From the NCBI GenBank assembly GCA_963726265.1, contig CAVSBQ010000002.1, forward strand, positions 128,001-192,000: 64,000 nucleotides of DNA, written 5' to 3'. Positions 1-8,035 of this stretch are shown piece by piece. Both the position numbers and the translations under genes were made by a program. This stretch comes from Candidatus Aenigmatarchaeota archaeon. Its GTDB lineage: Archaea; Aenigmatarchaeota; Aenigmatarchaeia; QMZP01; QMZT01. The first letter of the stretch is position 1; each line of letters starts with the position of its first letter. The notes below the pieces were generated by a model. It was not told the DNA's origin and ran no database searches. It worked only from the letters and a program-made list of their open reading frames with translations.

Positions 1-2
1 GA

Positions 3-167
3 ACCGAGCGCCTGAAGCAATTCTTCTACCACAAGCTCGTCTACGGCAAGGAGAACCAGGGCAAGCATCACTGCGTCGGCTGCGGCCGGTGCATAAAGGA
101 ATGCATGACGCGCATAGACATAACCGAGGAAATCGGAAATGTAAGGAAGGAATATGAAAGGTTCTGA
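3..167 (+). CDS. Group 3b (sulf)hydrogenase beta subunit, 3' partial
   Basis: Manual translation from base 3: TERLKQFFYHKL...HCVGCGRCIKEC...ERF*; 4Fe-4S CxxCxxCxxxC motif; overlaps start of gamma subunit. Confidence 0.85.
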   Translation, partial: TERLKQFFYHKLVYGKENQGKHHCVGCGRCIKECMTRIDITEEIGNVRKEYERF

Positions 168-984
168 AAGGAACGAGTATCTGCCGAGGCCGGCCGAAAT
201 AACAGGCGTCGAAGACGAAGCATGCGACACGAAAACCTTCAGGCTCAAGTTTAAGACAGGCGGAGCGCTTGACTTCTCGCCGGGCCAGTTCGTGCAGGTC
301 TCGGTTTTCGGCGCGGGCGAGATACCCCTGTCCATTTCCTCGTCGCCGTTCGAGAAAGGCTATTTCGAGATAAGCGTGCGCAGGTTCGGAGCTGTGACCG
401 AGGCGCTGTTCGGCCTGAAGAAAGGCGGCATCGTCGGCATCCGCGGCCCGTACGGCAAAGGCTATCCTGTCGAGAAGTTCATCGGCAAGGACATAGTCAT
501 CGCCGCCGGAGGCGTGGGCATCGCCGCCGTCAGCGCGGTCATAGAGCACATCATGCACAACAGAAAGGACTACGGCAAGGTGTGGCTGCTTTACGGCGCG
601 CACTGCCCGTCCAACGTGATGTTCAACAAGAGGATGAAGAAATGGTGCGCCAACGGCATAGAGGCGATGGTGACTGTTACGGACGTGAAAGGCGAAAAAT
701 GGAAAGGCGAAATCGGCTACGTGGAGCCGCTGCTGGAAAAACTCGGCGTGAGGGCGCACATCAGCATCTGCTGCGGCCCGCCAGGCATGATGAGGGACCT
801 ATACAACGAGTTCAAGAGGATTGGCATGGCCGACGAGAGCATGTATTTCTCGCTAGAGCGCATGATGCAGTGCGGCATAGGCAAGTGCGGCCACTGCAAC
901 ATAGGCAAGATATACGTATGCACCGACGGCCCTGTTTTCACCTACGCGCAACTGAAGGGCGTTACGGAGAACATCTGGGGATGA
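154..984 (+). CDS. Group 3b hydrogenase gamma subunit (FAD/NAD-binding, 2Fe-2S)
   Basis: PGQF, GPYG, AGGVG, CGPPGM and MQCGIGKCGHC...VCTDGPVF motifs; operon context. Confidence 0.9.
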   Translation: MKGSERNEYLPRPAEITGVEDEACDTKTFRLKFKTGGALDFSPGQFVQVSVFGAGEIPLSISSSPFEKGYFEISVRRFGAVTEALFGLKKGGIVGIRGPYGKGYPVEKFIGKDIVIAAGGVGIAAVSAVIEHIMHNRKDYGKVWLLYGAHCPSNVMFNKRMKKWCANGIEAMVTVTDVKGEKWKGEIGYVEPLLEKLGVRAHISICCGPPGMMRDLYNEFKRIGMADESMYFSLERMMQCGIGKCGHCNIGKIYVCTDGPVFTYAQLKGVTENIWG

Positions 985-985
985 C

Positions 986-1975
986 ATGACAAAGAAAAGC
1001 GTGAAAAAAAGGAAGCCTAAGAAAGCCGTGAAGGCTTTGAAAAAAGGCAGGGTTGTTAAGAAGAGCAGAGTTGTTGAAAGGCACGCAGCTGTCAAAAAGG
1101 TTGTAACTGTGAAAAAGGCTGCGCCAGTCAAAACTCCTGTCAAACACCCGCTCAAGCACGCGGCCAAACCCGCGGCGGGCGGCAAAAAGAAAGTCGCTTT
1201 CATAGGCATGACCTCGTGCAAGGGGTGCTTCTTCCAGTTCCTGCTGCTCGGCAGGCGGCTGGCGGACGTTTTCGAAAACGTGAACATAACGAACTTCTGG
1301 ATGCTCAAGGAATTCAACGACAAGGAAGGCGAATACGATGTCGTCTTCATGGACGGCGCGGTTTCGACCGAGCGCGAGCTGGAAGAGCTGAAAAAGGCGA
1401 GGGAGAAGGCACGCTTCCTCATTGCCTACGGGACGTGCGCATGCTGGGGAGGCATTCCCTCCATAAGGAATTATGCTTCCAAGGACTACAGGAAAATCGT
1501 CTACCCGACCGAAACGAAGCACAAGTCGAGGAGCGAGGTAACGCCCGTCGACAGGCACGCCAGGGTCGACTATTACATGCGCGGCTGCCCGGTGAACGAG
1601 GACGAGGTCTTCGCGCTCATCGCCGACCTGCTCAACAATAAACGGCCTCGTGAGAAGGATTATTGCGTGTGCGTGGAATGCAAGAAGCGCGGCATCAAAT
1701 GCCTGTTCAAGGACGGCGTCACGTGCTACGGGCCGGTCACATACGCCGGCTGCAACGCTCCCTGCCCGGCCGCCAGGACGCCGTGCGACGGCTGCCGCGG
1801 CCCGCTGCCCGACGGCAACCTCGGGGCGGAGATCGAACTGCTGAAGGAGAAAGGGGTGACCATGGACGACATCAGGATGGTTTTCACTAGGTATGCCGGC
1901 TCGGCTGAAAAGTTCAGGGAAACCGGAAACGGCCAGGCGGAGCAGGGCAATGCAGAAGGCAAAGCGGAGGAATGA
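986..1975 (+). CDS. Group 3b hydrogenase small (delta) subunit with Lys/Ala/Val-rich N-terminal extension
   Basis: TSCKGC, GTCACWGG, GCP, VCVEC, CYGPVTYAGC..PC..CDGCRG Fe-S motifs. Confidence 0.9.
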   Translation: MTKKSVKKRKPKKAVKALKKGRVVKKSRVVERHAAVKKVVTVKKAAPVKTPVKHPLKHAAKPAAGGKKKVAFIGMTSCKGCFFQFLLLGRRLADVFENVNITNFWMLKEFNDKEGEYDVVFMDGAVSTERELEELKKAREKARFLIAYGTCACWGGIPSIRNYASKDYRKIVYPTETKHKSRSEVTPVDRHARVDYYMRGCPVNEDEVFALIADLLNNKRPREKDYCVCVECKKRGIKCLFKDGVTCYGPVTYAGCNAPCPAARTPCDGCRGPLPDGNLGAEIELLKEKGVTMDDIRMVFTRYAGSAEKFRETGNGQAEQGNAEGKAEE

Positions 1976-3279
1976 TAATGAGCCATAAGGGTTTCACGCT
2001 CGAAGAGCTGACGAAACTGGAAGGCCATGCGAAGCTCAACGTGGATATGAAAGGCGGGAAGGTAAATAAGGTCTGGCTCGAGGTCTACGAGGCTTCGAGG
2101 TATTTCGAGGCCATGCTGCTCGGACGCGATTACAGGGAGGCGCCCAGCATAACGCAGAGGATATGCGGCATATGCTCGGTCGTCCACACGCTCACGTCGA
2201 TAAAGGCCGTGGAGGACGCGTTCGGCATAACGCCGTCGCAGCAGACGCTCGACCTGCGCAAGCTTCTCCTTTACGCGAGCACCATCCACAGCCACACCGC
2301 GCACCTGTTCTTCTTCGCGCTGCCCGATTATCTCGGCTTCAGCGACGTGATAGAGCTCTCGCAGAAGAAGCATGAGCACATCCACCTCGCGCTCGACCTG
2401 CAGCAATTGGCGAGCGACATCGTGAAACTCGTGGGCGGCCGCGCCCTCCACCCCGTCACCCCGGTCATAGGCGGCTTCACTTCCGTGCCGGACAAGGCGA
2501 AAATCGGGGCCATAAGGAAAAACCTGGAGGCGATGAAGAAGCTCGCGAAAAAGACCGCTGAAATCTTTGCGCCGCTGAAGCTGCCCGCGCTGGATATAAA
2601 GGCTCCGCAGCTCTGCCTGAAAAAAGCGAACGAATATGCGCTTTACGACGGCACCATAACCAGCAGCGACGGCTCGTTCTTCAGAGGCGGCGACTACAAG
2701 AAGCACATAAAGGAAACCATCAGGCCGTATTCGAATTCCAAGCATTCCAGCTTCCAGGGCGGCAGTTACATGACCGGCGCTTTGCCGCGCCTCAACAGCA
2801 ACTGGAGATACCTTTCCGACGACGCTGGATCAATCCTTGCCGCCGCCGGGAAGGCAGGCATGAAGCCTCCTATTTACAACCCCTTTGCCAACAACTTCGC
2901 GCAGGCGGTCGAGATGGTCCATTTCACGGACGAGGCGCTGCATCTTACTGAGAAATACGCGAAAGGCATGCGCGGCGAGAAATTCGAGGCGCTGCCGAAA
3001 AAGACGGACAGCGAAGGCGTGGGCGTCTGCGAAGCGCCGAGAGGCCTGCTGCTCCACAACTACGGCATAGGCAGCGACGGCAAGATAAGATACGCGAACG
3101 TCATCACACCGACCTCGCAGAACGCCGCGAGGATGGAAGACGACATAGCGGCATTCCTGCCGTCAATCCTGAAAAAGCCGGGAGCTGAGGTGAAGCTCCT
3201 CCTGGAGATGCTGATAAGGGCGTATGACCCGTGCTTCTCCTGCTCGAGCCATTTCCTCGAGCTGAAAATAAAGACCTGA
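1972..3279 (+). CDS. NiFe-hydrogenase large (alpha) subunit, group 3b
   Basis: L1 RICGICS, EAPRG, L2 DPCFSCSSH followed by a short cleavable tail. Confidence 0.95.
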   Translation: MIMSHKGFTLEELTKLEGHAKLNVDMKGGKVNKVWLEVYEASRYFEAMLLGRDYREAPSITQRICGICSVVHTLTSIKAVEDAFGITPSQQTLDLRKLLLYASTIHSHTAHLFFFALPDYLGFSDVIELSQKKHEHIHLALDLQQLASDIVKLVGGRALHPVTPVIGGFTSVPDKAKIGAIRKNLEAMKKLAKKTAEIFAPLKLPALDIKAPQLCLKKANEYALYDGTITSSDGSFFRGGDYKKHIKETIRPYSNSKHSSFQGGSYMTGALPRLNSNWRYLSDDAGSILAAAGKAGMKPPIYNPFANNFAQAVEMVHFTDEALHLTEKYAKGMRGEKFEALPKKTDSEGVGVCEAPRGLLLHNYGIGSDGKIRYANVITPTSQNAARMEDDIAAFLPSILKKPGAEVKLLLEMLIRAYDPCFSCSSHFLELKIKT

Positions 3280-3307
3280 CGCTCTATAGCCAGAAATCCC
3301 GGGCAAA

Positions 3308-3694
3308 TCACAGGGAGGCGAGCAGTTTCCCTGCCTCCCTCGCAGCCTCTGTTTTCTCCGAGCCGAAGGGCACGCCGATGATCCTGAACCTGCGCTTTTC
3401 GGCGGCCTCGAGAATCTTCAGCATCGAGCATAGGTCGAGGTCATGCGCCGTGACGCTCCTTGTCCTTGCGAACGCGTCCGCGCCGTCGAAGAGCCTGGCC
3501 TTCTTCAGGCCCTTCACGACGTCGATTATGACTATCTCCCCGGATTTTTCCATGTGGCTGCGGATATCGAACGGGTTGTCGCATTTCAGGATATCGAAAT
3601 TACCTGCTCTGCCGCCAAGCTCGCTGCATATTTCCAGCGCGAGCTTATCGCCTTCGCTTTCGCTTCCGAAGCACAGGGCCAGCTTTTTCATCAT
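3308..3694 (-). CDS. Hydrogenase maturation protease (divergent)
   Basis: CFGS...GD, IVIIDVV, TAHDL, IIGVP motifs; convergent with the large subunit gene. Confidence 0.75.
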   Translation of the reverse strand: MMKKLALCFGSESEGDKLALEICSELGGRAGNFDILKCDNPFDIRSHMEKSGEIVIIDVVKGLKKARLFDGADAFARTRSVTAHDLDLCSMLKILEAAEKRRFRIIGVPFGSEKTEAAREAGKLLASL

Positions 3695-3935
3695 CCACCT
3701 TCCTGCCTTTCCTTGCGATTCTCCTGCCTATCCTCTTCTTTATCTCATGACCCTTCCAGACGAAGTAGAAGCCCAGCAGCACGATGACGATGTAGGTCGC
3801 AAGTATGCTGGGCGACGGCGGTATGCTGAACAACGGCGTATAGAACAAGAGCAAAAGGTATGTTATGATTATCACCCCTGCCAGCCATGCCACAAACGGC
3901 AGGAGCACCTTCGAATCAACGGTTTTGTCGGCCAT
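3645..3935 (-). CDS. Small two-TM membrane protein
   Basis: Two hydrophobic segments, host-like codon usage; 3' end uncertain (overlaps next gene). Confidence 0.6.
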   Translation of the reverse strand: MADKTVDSKVLLPFVAWLAGVIIITYLLLLFYTPLFSIPPSPSILATYIVIVLLGFYFVWKGHEIKKRIGRRIARKGRKVDDEKAGPVLRKRKRRR

Positions 3936-3956
3936 AACAATACGTTGGCTTATTGC

Positions 3957-5447
3957 CTAATCAATATCGATCTGTGCCCTCTGGAGGCGGCCCGAATAGT
4001 CGATGAACACGGTCTTGATTTCAGTGAACTCCTTTATCGCCTCTGTCCCGGCTTCGCGGCCTCCGTTGCCAGTGCCTTTCACCCCGCCGAAGGGCAGATG
4101 CACTTCGGCGCCGATGGTCGGCGCGTTTATGTAGACTATCCCCGATTCGGCGAGCCTCATTGCCTTCATGGCCTTGTTTATGTTTTTCGTGTAAATGGAC
4201 CATGAAAGGCCGTAATTTACCGAGTTCGCAATTCTTATCGCGTCATCGAAATTCCTCGCCTCGATTATGGCAAGCACCGGGCCGAATATCTCCTCGCGGG
4301 CGATGGTCATGTCCTGCGTAACGTGAGCGAAGACGGTCGGGGCGATGAAGAAGCCTTTTTTATGTTCGCTTCCGTTCAGCCTGTGGCCGCCGCAGAGGAG
4401 CTTCGCTCCCTCTTTCTTTCCCCTGTCGATGTAGCCCAGGATTTTCGTCATCTGCCTCGCGTTTATTATCGGCCCGACCTGCGCTCCTTTCAATCCGCTG
4501 CCGACCTTCAGCTTCGCGGTTCTTTTCAGCAGCCTCTCGGTGAATTTTTTCGCGACCGGCTTTTCGAGAATTATCCTGGACGTCGCCGTGCATCTCTGGC
4601 CGGCGGTCCCGAACGCGCCCCAGAGCGCGCCGTCTACCGCGAGGTCGATGTCCGCGTCGGCAAGGACGATCTGCGGGTTCTTGCCGCCCATCTCCAGCTC
4701 TACGGAGTTCAGCTTCTTCGCCCCCTCGACGTAAAGGCGAGTTCCCACGTCCGTCGAGCCTGTGAAGGAAAGGTGATTTATGCCCTTGTGCTTCGCTATC
4801 GCGTCGCCTGCCGCCTCGCCGGAGCCAGTAACCATGTTCAGCACGCCCGCAGGGACGCCTGCCTCTTCCAGGATTTTCACGAGCTCAATCCCGCACGCTG
4901 GCGCGTCGCTGGACGGCTTGAAGACGATGGTGTTCCCGCACACGAGAGCGGCAGGGATTTTCCAAGCAGGTATCGCGATGGGAAAATTCCACGGCGTTAT
5001 CAGGCCGACGACGCCCTTCGGCTCGCGTATGAACATCGCGAACTTGTCCTGAAGTTCGGAGGTCGTCGTCTCGCCGAGAAGGCGACGCCCTTCGGCTGCG
5101 ACGTACTTGGTTATGTCAATAGCCTCCTGCACTTCCCCCCGCGCCTCCTCAAGGCTCTTGCCGTTCTCCTTCGTGAGCAGAACGGCAAGCGTTCCTTTCC
5201 GCTGCTCCATGAGATGCGCGGCCCTGAAAAGGATTTCGCCCTTCTTCGGCGCCGGGAAAAACTTCCATTTTTCGAACGCGGCGCGCGCGACCTGCGCGGC
5301 CAGCTCCACGTCTTTCTCGTTCCCGGCCTGGCATATGAAAAGCGCCTCGCCGTTAGCCGGATTTATTTTTTTGAAAGTTTTCCCTGAAGATGATTTAACC
5401 CATTTCCCGTTTATGTAATTAAGATAAATTTTGACCATTCGCACCAC
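3957..5447 (-). CDS. NAD(P)-dependent aldehyde dehydrogenase
   Basis: ITPWNFP, FTGS, LEMGGKN, GQRCT, EEIFGP, PFGG motifs. Confidence 0.95.
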   Translation of the reverse strand: MVRMVKIYLNYINGKWVKSSSGKTFKKINPANGEALFICQAGNEKDVELAAQVARAAFEKWKFFPAPKKGEILFRAAHLMEQRKGTLAVLLTKENGKSLEEARGEVQEAIDITKYVAAEGRRLLGETTTSELQDKFAMFIREPKGVVGLITPWNFPIAIPAWKIPAALVCGNTIVFKPSSDAPACGIELVKILEEAGVPAGVLNMVTGSGEAAGDAIAKHKGINHLSFTGSTDVGTRLYVEGAKKLNSVELEMGGKNPQIVLADADIDLAVDGALWGAFGTAGQRCTATSRIILEKPVAKKFTERLLKRTAKLKVGSGLKGAQVGPIINARQMTKILGYIDRGKKEGAKLLCGGHRLNGSEHKKGFFIAPTVFAHVTQDMTIAREEIFGPVLAIIEARNFDDAIRIANSVNYGLSWSIYTKNINKAMKAMRLAESGIVYINAPTIGAEVHLPFGGVKGTGNGGREAGTEAIKEFTEIKTVFIDYSGRLQRAQIDID

Positions 5448-5571
5448 CTCACACCATTCGCCGCATAGCCTGCAAAAACTATACCTGCAAATAGTTTGGT
5501 TTGGTAAATAAAAAAGGAAAGGTCCGGAAATTTTCCGGCACCTGTTTTCCGCTTGAAATGATTGAGGTGGA

Positions 5572-6612
5572 TCAGTACATCTGTATGCCGAGGTCCCTGG
5601 AGAACATCTTGTCCACTTTCTTCGTCTCCTCGGTCTTGCTGCCCAGTATGTAAGGCGAGCTGACGCCGGTTATGATGGTTATGACCTGAAGCTTTCCTTT
5701 GTATTCCGGCAGGACGCGCGCTCCCCACATGACCGTCGCGTCGGGATTCATCTTCTTCGAAACGGTTTCTCCTATCAGGCTCACTTCATCGAGCGTGAGG
5801 TCCTCGCCTCCGATTATCTGTATCAGGGCGCCGGTCGCTCCTTCGTAGTCGACATCGAGCAGCGGGTGGTTGAGGGCTATGTCTATCGCTTCCTTCGCCC
5901 TGTTCTTCGTGTCCGATATGCCGACGCCGATGGTCGCGACTCCGCCGGAATGCATGATCGCCTTCACATCGGCGTAGTCCAGGTTGACAAGCGACGGCTG
6001 CGATATCGTCTCTGTCACGCCCTTTATCATGGTCGCTATGAGGTTGTCCGCGACCGCGAATGCGTCGCCTAGCGGCTTGGTGCCCGCGAGCTCGAGCAGC
6101 TTCTGATTCTCGATGACGATTACGGTGTCGCATGCGTCCCTCAGGTGCAGCAGGCCGTCCTCGGCCTTCTTTATCCTGGCGCCTTCCATCTTGAACGGCA
6201 GCGTCACTGGTGCGATGACAATCGCGCCGAGCTCCTTCGCCATCTTCGCTATCGCAGGAGCGGCTCCTGTCCCGGTGCCTCCGCCCAGGCCGCACGAGAT
6301 GAACAGCAGGTCGCATCCTTTCAGAATGTCCTTAATCTGCTCCTTCGATTCTTCGGCTGCTTTTCTTCCCACGTCGGGGAAGCCGCCCGCGCCCATGCCC
6401 TTTGTCGTCTCCCTGCCTATGAGCAGCTTCTTGTGCGCCTTGGTAACCGTTAGATGCTTGGCATCCGTGTTGATGCCGACCGTGACTGCGCCCTTTATGT
6501 CCATGCCGGTGAGGCGCGTTATCGTGTTGCAGCCGCCTCCGCCGCATCCAAAAACCATTATCTTTGCCTGATACGCGTCAAAACCCTCCAATGCATCCGG
6601 ACACATACTCAC
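5572..6612 (-). CDS. ftsZ: Cell division protein FtsZ (FtsZ2-like)
   Basis: GCGGGGCN, GLGGGTGTG, ISQPSLVNLDYAD. Confidence 0.95.
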   Translation of the reverse strand: MSMCPDALEGFDAYQAKIMVFGCGGGGCNTITRLTGMDIKGAVTVGINTDAKHLTVTKAHKKLLIGRETTKGMGAGGFPDVGRKAAEESKEQIKDILKGCDLLFISCGLGGGTGTGAAPAIAKMAKELGAIVIAPVTLPFKMEGARIKKAEDGLLHLRDACDTVIVIENQKLLELAGTKPLGDAFAVADNLIATMIKGVTETISQPSLVNLDYADVKAIMHSGGVATIGVGISDTKNRAKEAIDIALNHPLLDVDYEGATGALIQIIGGEDLTLDEVSLIGETVSKKMNPDATVMWGARVLPEYKGKLQVITIITGVSSPYILGSKTEETKKVDKMFSRDLGIQMY

Positions 6613-6737
6613 ACCCCCAATAAACCATTCGCCGATAAAACTAACATACTATATTTATCTATTTGTCTATCTACGTATTTAAAAATATTTGTATAGCACG
6701 CAGAAAACTTTAAAAAGCATGAAAGTATTAAATTACC

Positions 6738-6956
6738 ATGCCTGCAGAAGAATTAAGACAGGAAAAAGTGGAAAAACCGGAGACGATGACGACAACGATA
6801 GAGGTCGAAAAAGACCTGTTTCTCAGGTTCAAGGCGTTCTGCGTCCTCAACGAGATGACGATCTCCGGCGAGATAGAGAAGCTGCTGAGGAAGCGAGTCG
6901 AGCAGATGGCCAACAAGAGCGAGTCGACGATAGTCACTAAAGAAGCAAAAGAGTAA
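6738..6956 (+). CDS. Ribbon-helix-helix (CopG/Arc-like) DNA-binding protein
   Basis: TTTIEVEKDLFLRFKAFCVLNEMTISGEIEKLLR strand-helix-helix pattern; divergent from ftsZ. Confidence 0.7.
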   Translation: MPAEELRQEKVEKPETMTTTIEVEKDLFLRFKAFCVLNEMTISGEIEKLLRKRVEQMANKSESTIVTKEAKE

Positions 6957-7004
6957 TCTGATTCAGCAAACATTTACTTTTCTTTTATTTGCAGGTATCC
7001 AAAT

Positions 7005-7745
7005 ATGAAATATGGGAGAATGAGGCTTAATCGCTACCAGTTAAAAAGTATTGAAAACTTAACTAAAGATGGCAAATCTCTGCAGCACATATCAAATATC
7101 ACCGGCATAAAAAAGACGACTATTTACTACCACACCCGAAAACTCAAAGGAAAAAGTATACAGATGCCTATCATAAGATTCGATTCGGATGAAAAGCTGG
7201 GAGAAGCCATCGGTATATTTACAGGCGACGGTAGTTTATATTTTGAGCCAGGAAGATATCACTATCAGGTTAGGGTGCATTTCGGTATAAAAAACCTGAA
7301 TTATTTGAATCATGTTAAAGATTTATTTGATGCGTCATTTGGTAAAAAATTTCTTATAAAAATGGATGGCCCTAGAAAATTTGTTTTACAGATATATTCA
7401 AAGGAAATATTTGCTTTTTTCCATGATTTTCTCGATTTCGAAAGCCGAGATAAATCAAAAAGTGTGAGTTTGAAAGAGAAATTTTTGAAAAACGAGGTCT
7501 TTGCCAAAGGTTTTCTAAGAGGTTTGCTTGACACGGATGGTACGATATCGAAAACCAAGAACGGTATAAAAATAGCCTTTTATACTTCCTCTCACAAACT
7601 AGCTCAACAGATATCGTTTTTATTGAAAATGTTTGAAATAAGACATGGTATAACATCATCCAGAAAAGGCCAATATAATGTTTATATATTGAAAAAGGAT
7701 AACAATAGAATCGTCAAACTACTAAAACCATTTAAGGGCCGGTAG
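7005..7745 (+). CDS. Free-standing double-motif LAGLIDADG endonuclease with N-terminal HTH
   Basis: HTH SLQHISNITGIKKTTIYYH; motif 1 EAIGIFTGDG; motif 2 FLRGLLDTDG; no intein splicing motifs; AT-rich. Confidence 0.85.
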   Translation: MKYGRMRLNRYQLKSIENLTKDGKSLQHISNITGIKKTTIYYHTRKLKGKSIQMPIIRFDSDEKLGEAIGIFTGDGSLYFEPGRYHYQVRVHFGIKNLNYLNHVKDLFDASFGKKFLIKMDGPRKFVLQIYSKEIFAFFHDFLDFESRDKSKSVSLKEKFLKNEVFAKGFLRGLLDTDGTISKTKNGIKIAFYTSSHKLAQQISFLLKMFEIRHGITSSRKGQYNVYILKKDNNRIVKLLKPFKGR

Positions 7746-7845
7746 ATCAGCGGTAGATCGCCACCTTGGCATGGTGGAGAAACCTTGTTTCTGCAGAAAG
7801 GAAACATGGTTCCATAAGCCTCGGGTTCAAATCCCGACCGGTCCA
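7736..7845 (+). tRNA. tRNA-Ala(GGC) with 38-nt intron at 45/46 (7780-7817)
   Basis: Acceptor GGGCCGG/CCGGTCC+A; anticodon arm CCACC-TTGGCAT-GGTGG; T arm TCGGG-TTCAAAT-CCCGA; BHB with helix GTGG/CCAT, bulges AG|A and AA|G, inner helix AACC/GGTT. Confidence 0.92.
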
Positions 7846-7916
7846 TTGCTATTTTTTCATCTGGGATGAAATAGAATAAACAATAAAAAAAAGATTGAAC
7901 TCAAATGCCCAAAGCC

Positions 7917-7967
7917 TTAGCAGCATGAGCAACCGGAACTTGCCTTCTTGGACTTTTTCTTGACCAT
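7917..7967 (-). CDS. Putative 16-aa micro-protein MVKKKSKKASSGCSCC
   Basis: ATG...TAA, TTTTTAAG box 21 nt upstream, oligo-T tract downstream; not in ORF track. Confidence 0.4.
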   Translation of the reverse strand: MVKKKSKKASSGCSCC

Positions 7968-8035
7968 GAAAATATTGCGCGTGAGCGTCTTAAAAAGATT
8001 GCCTTCGGATTCCGAACTTACGGTCTACCTGCTGT

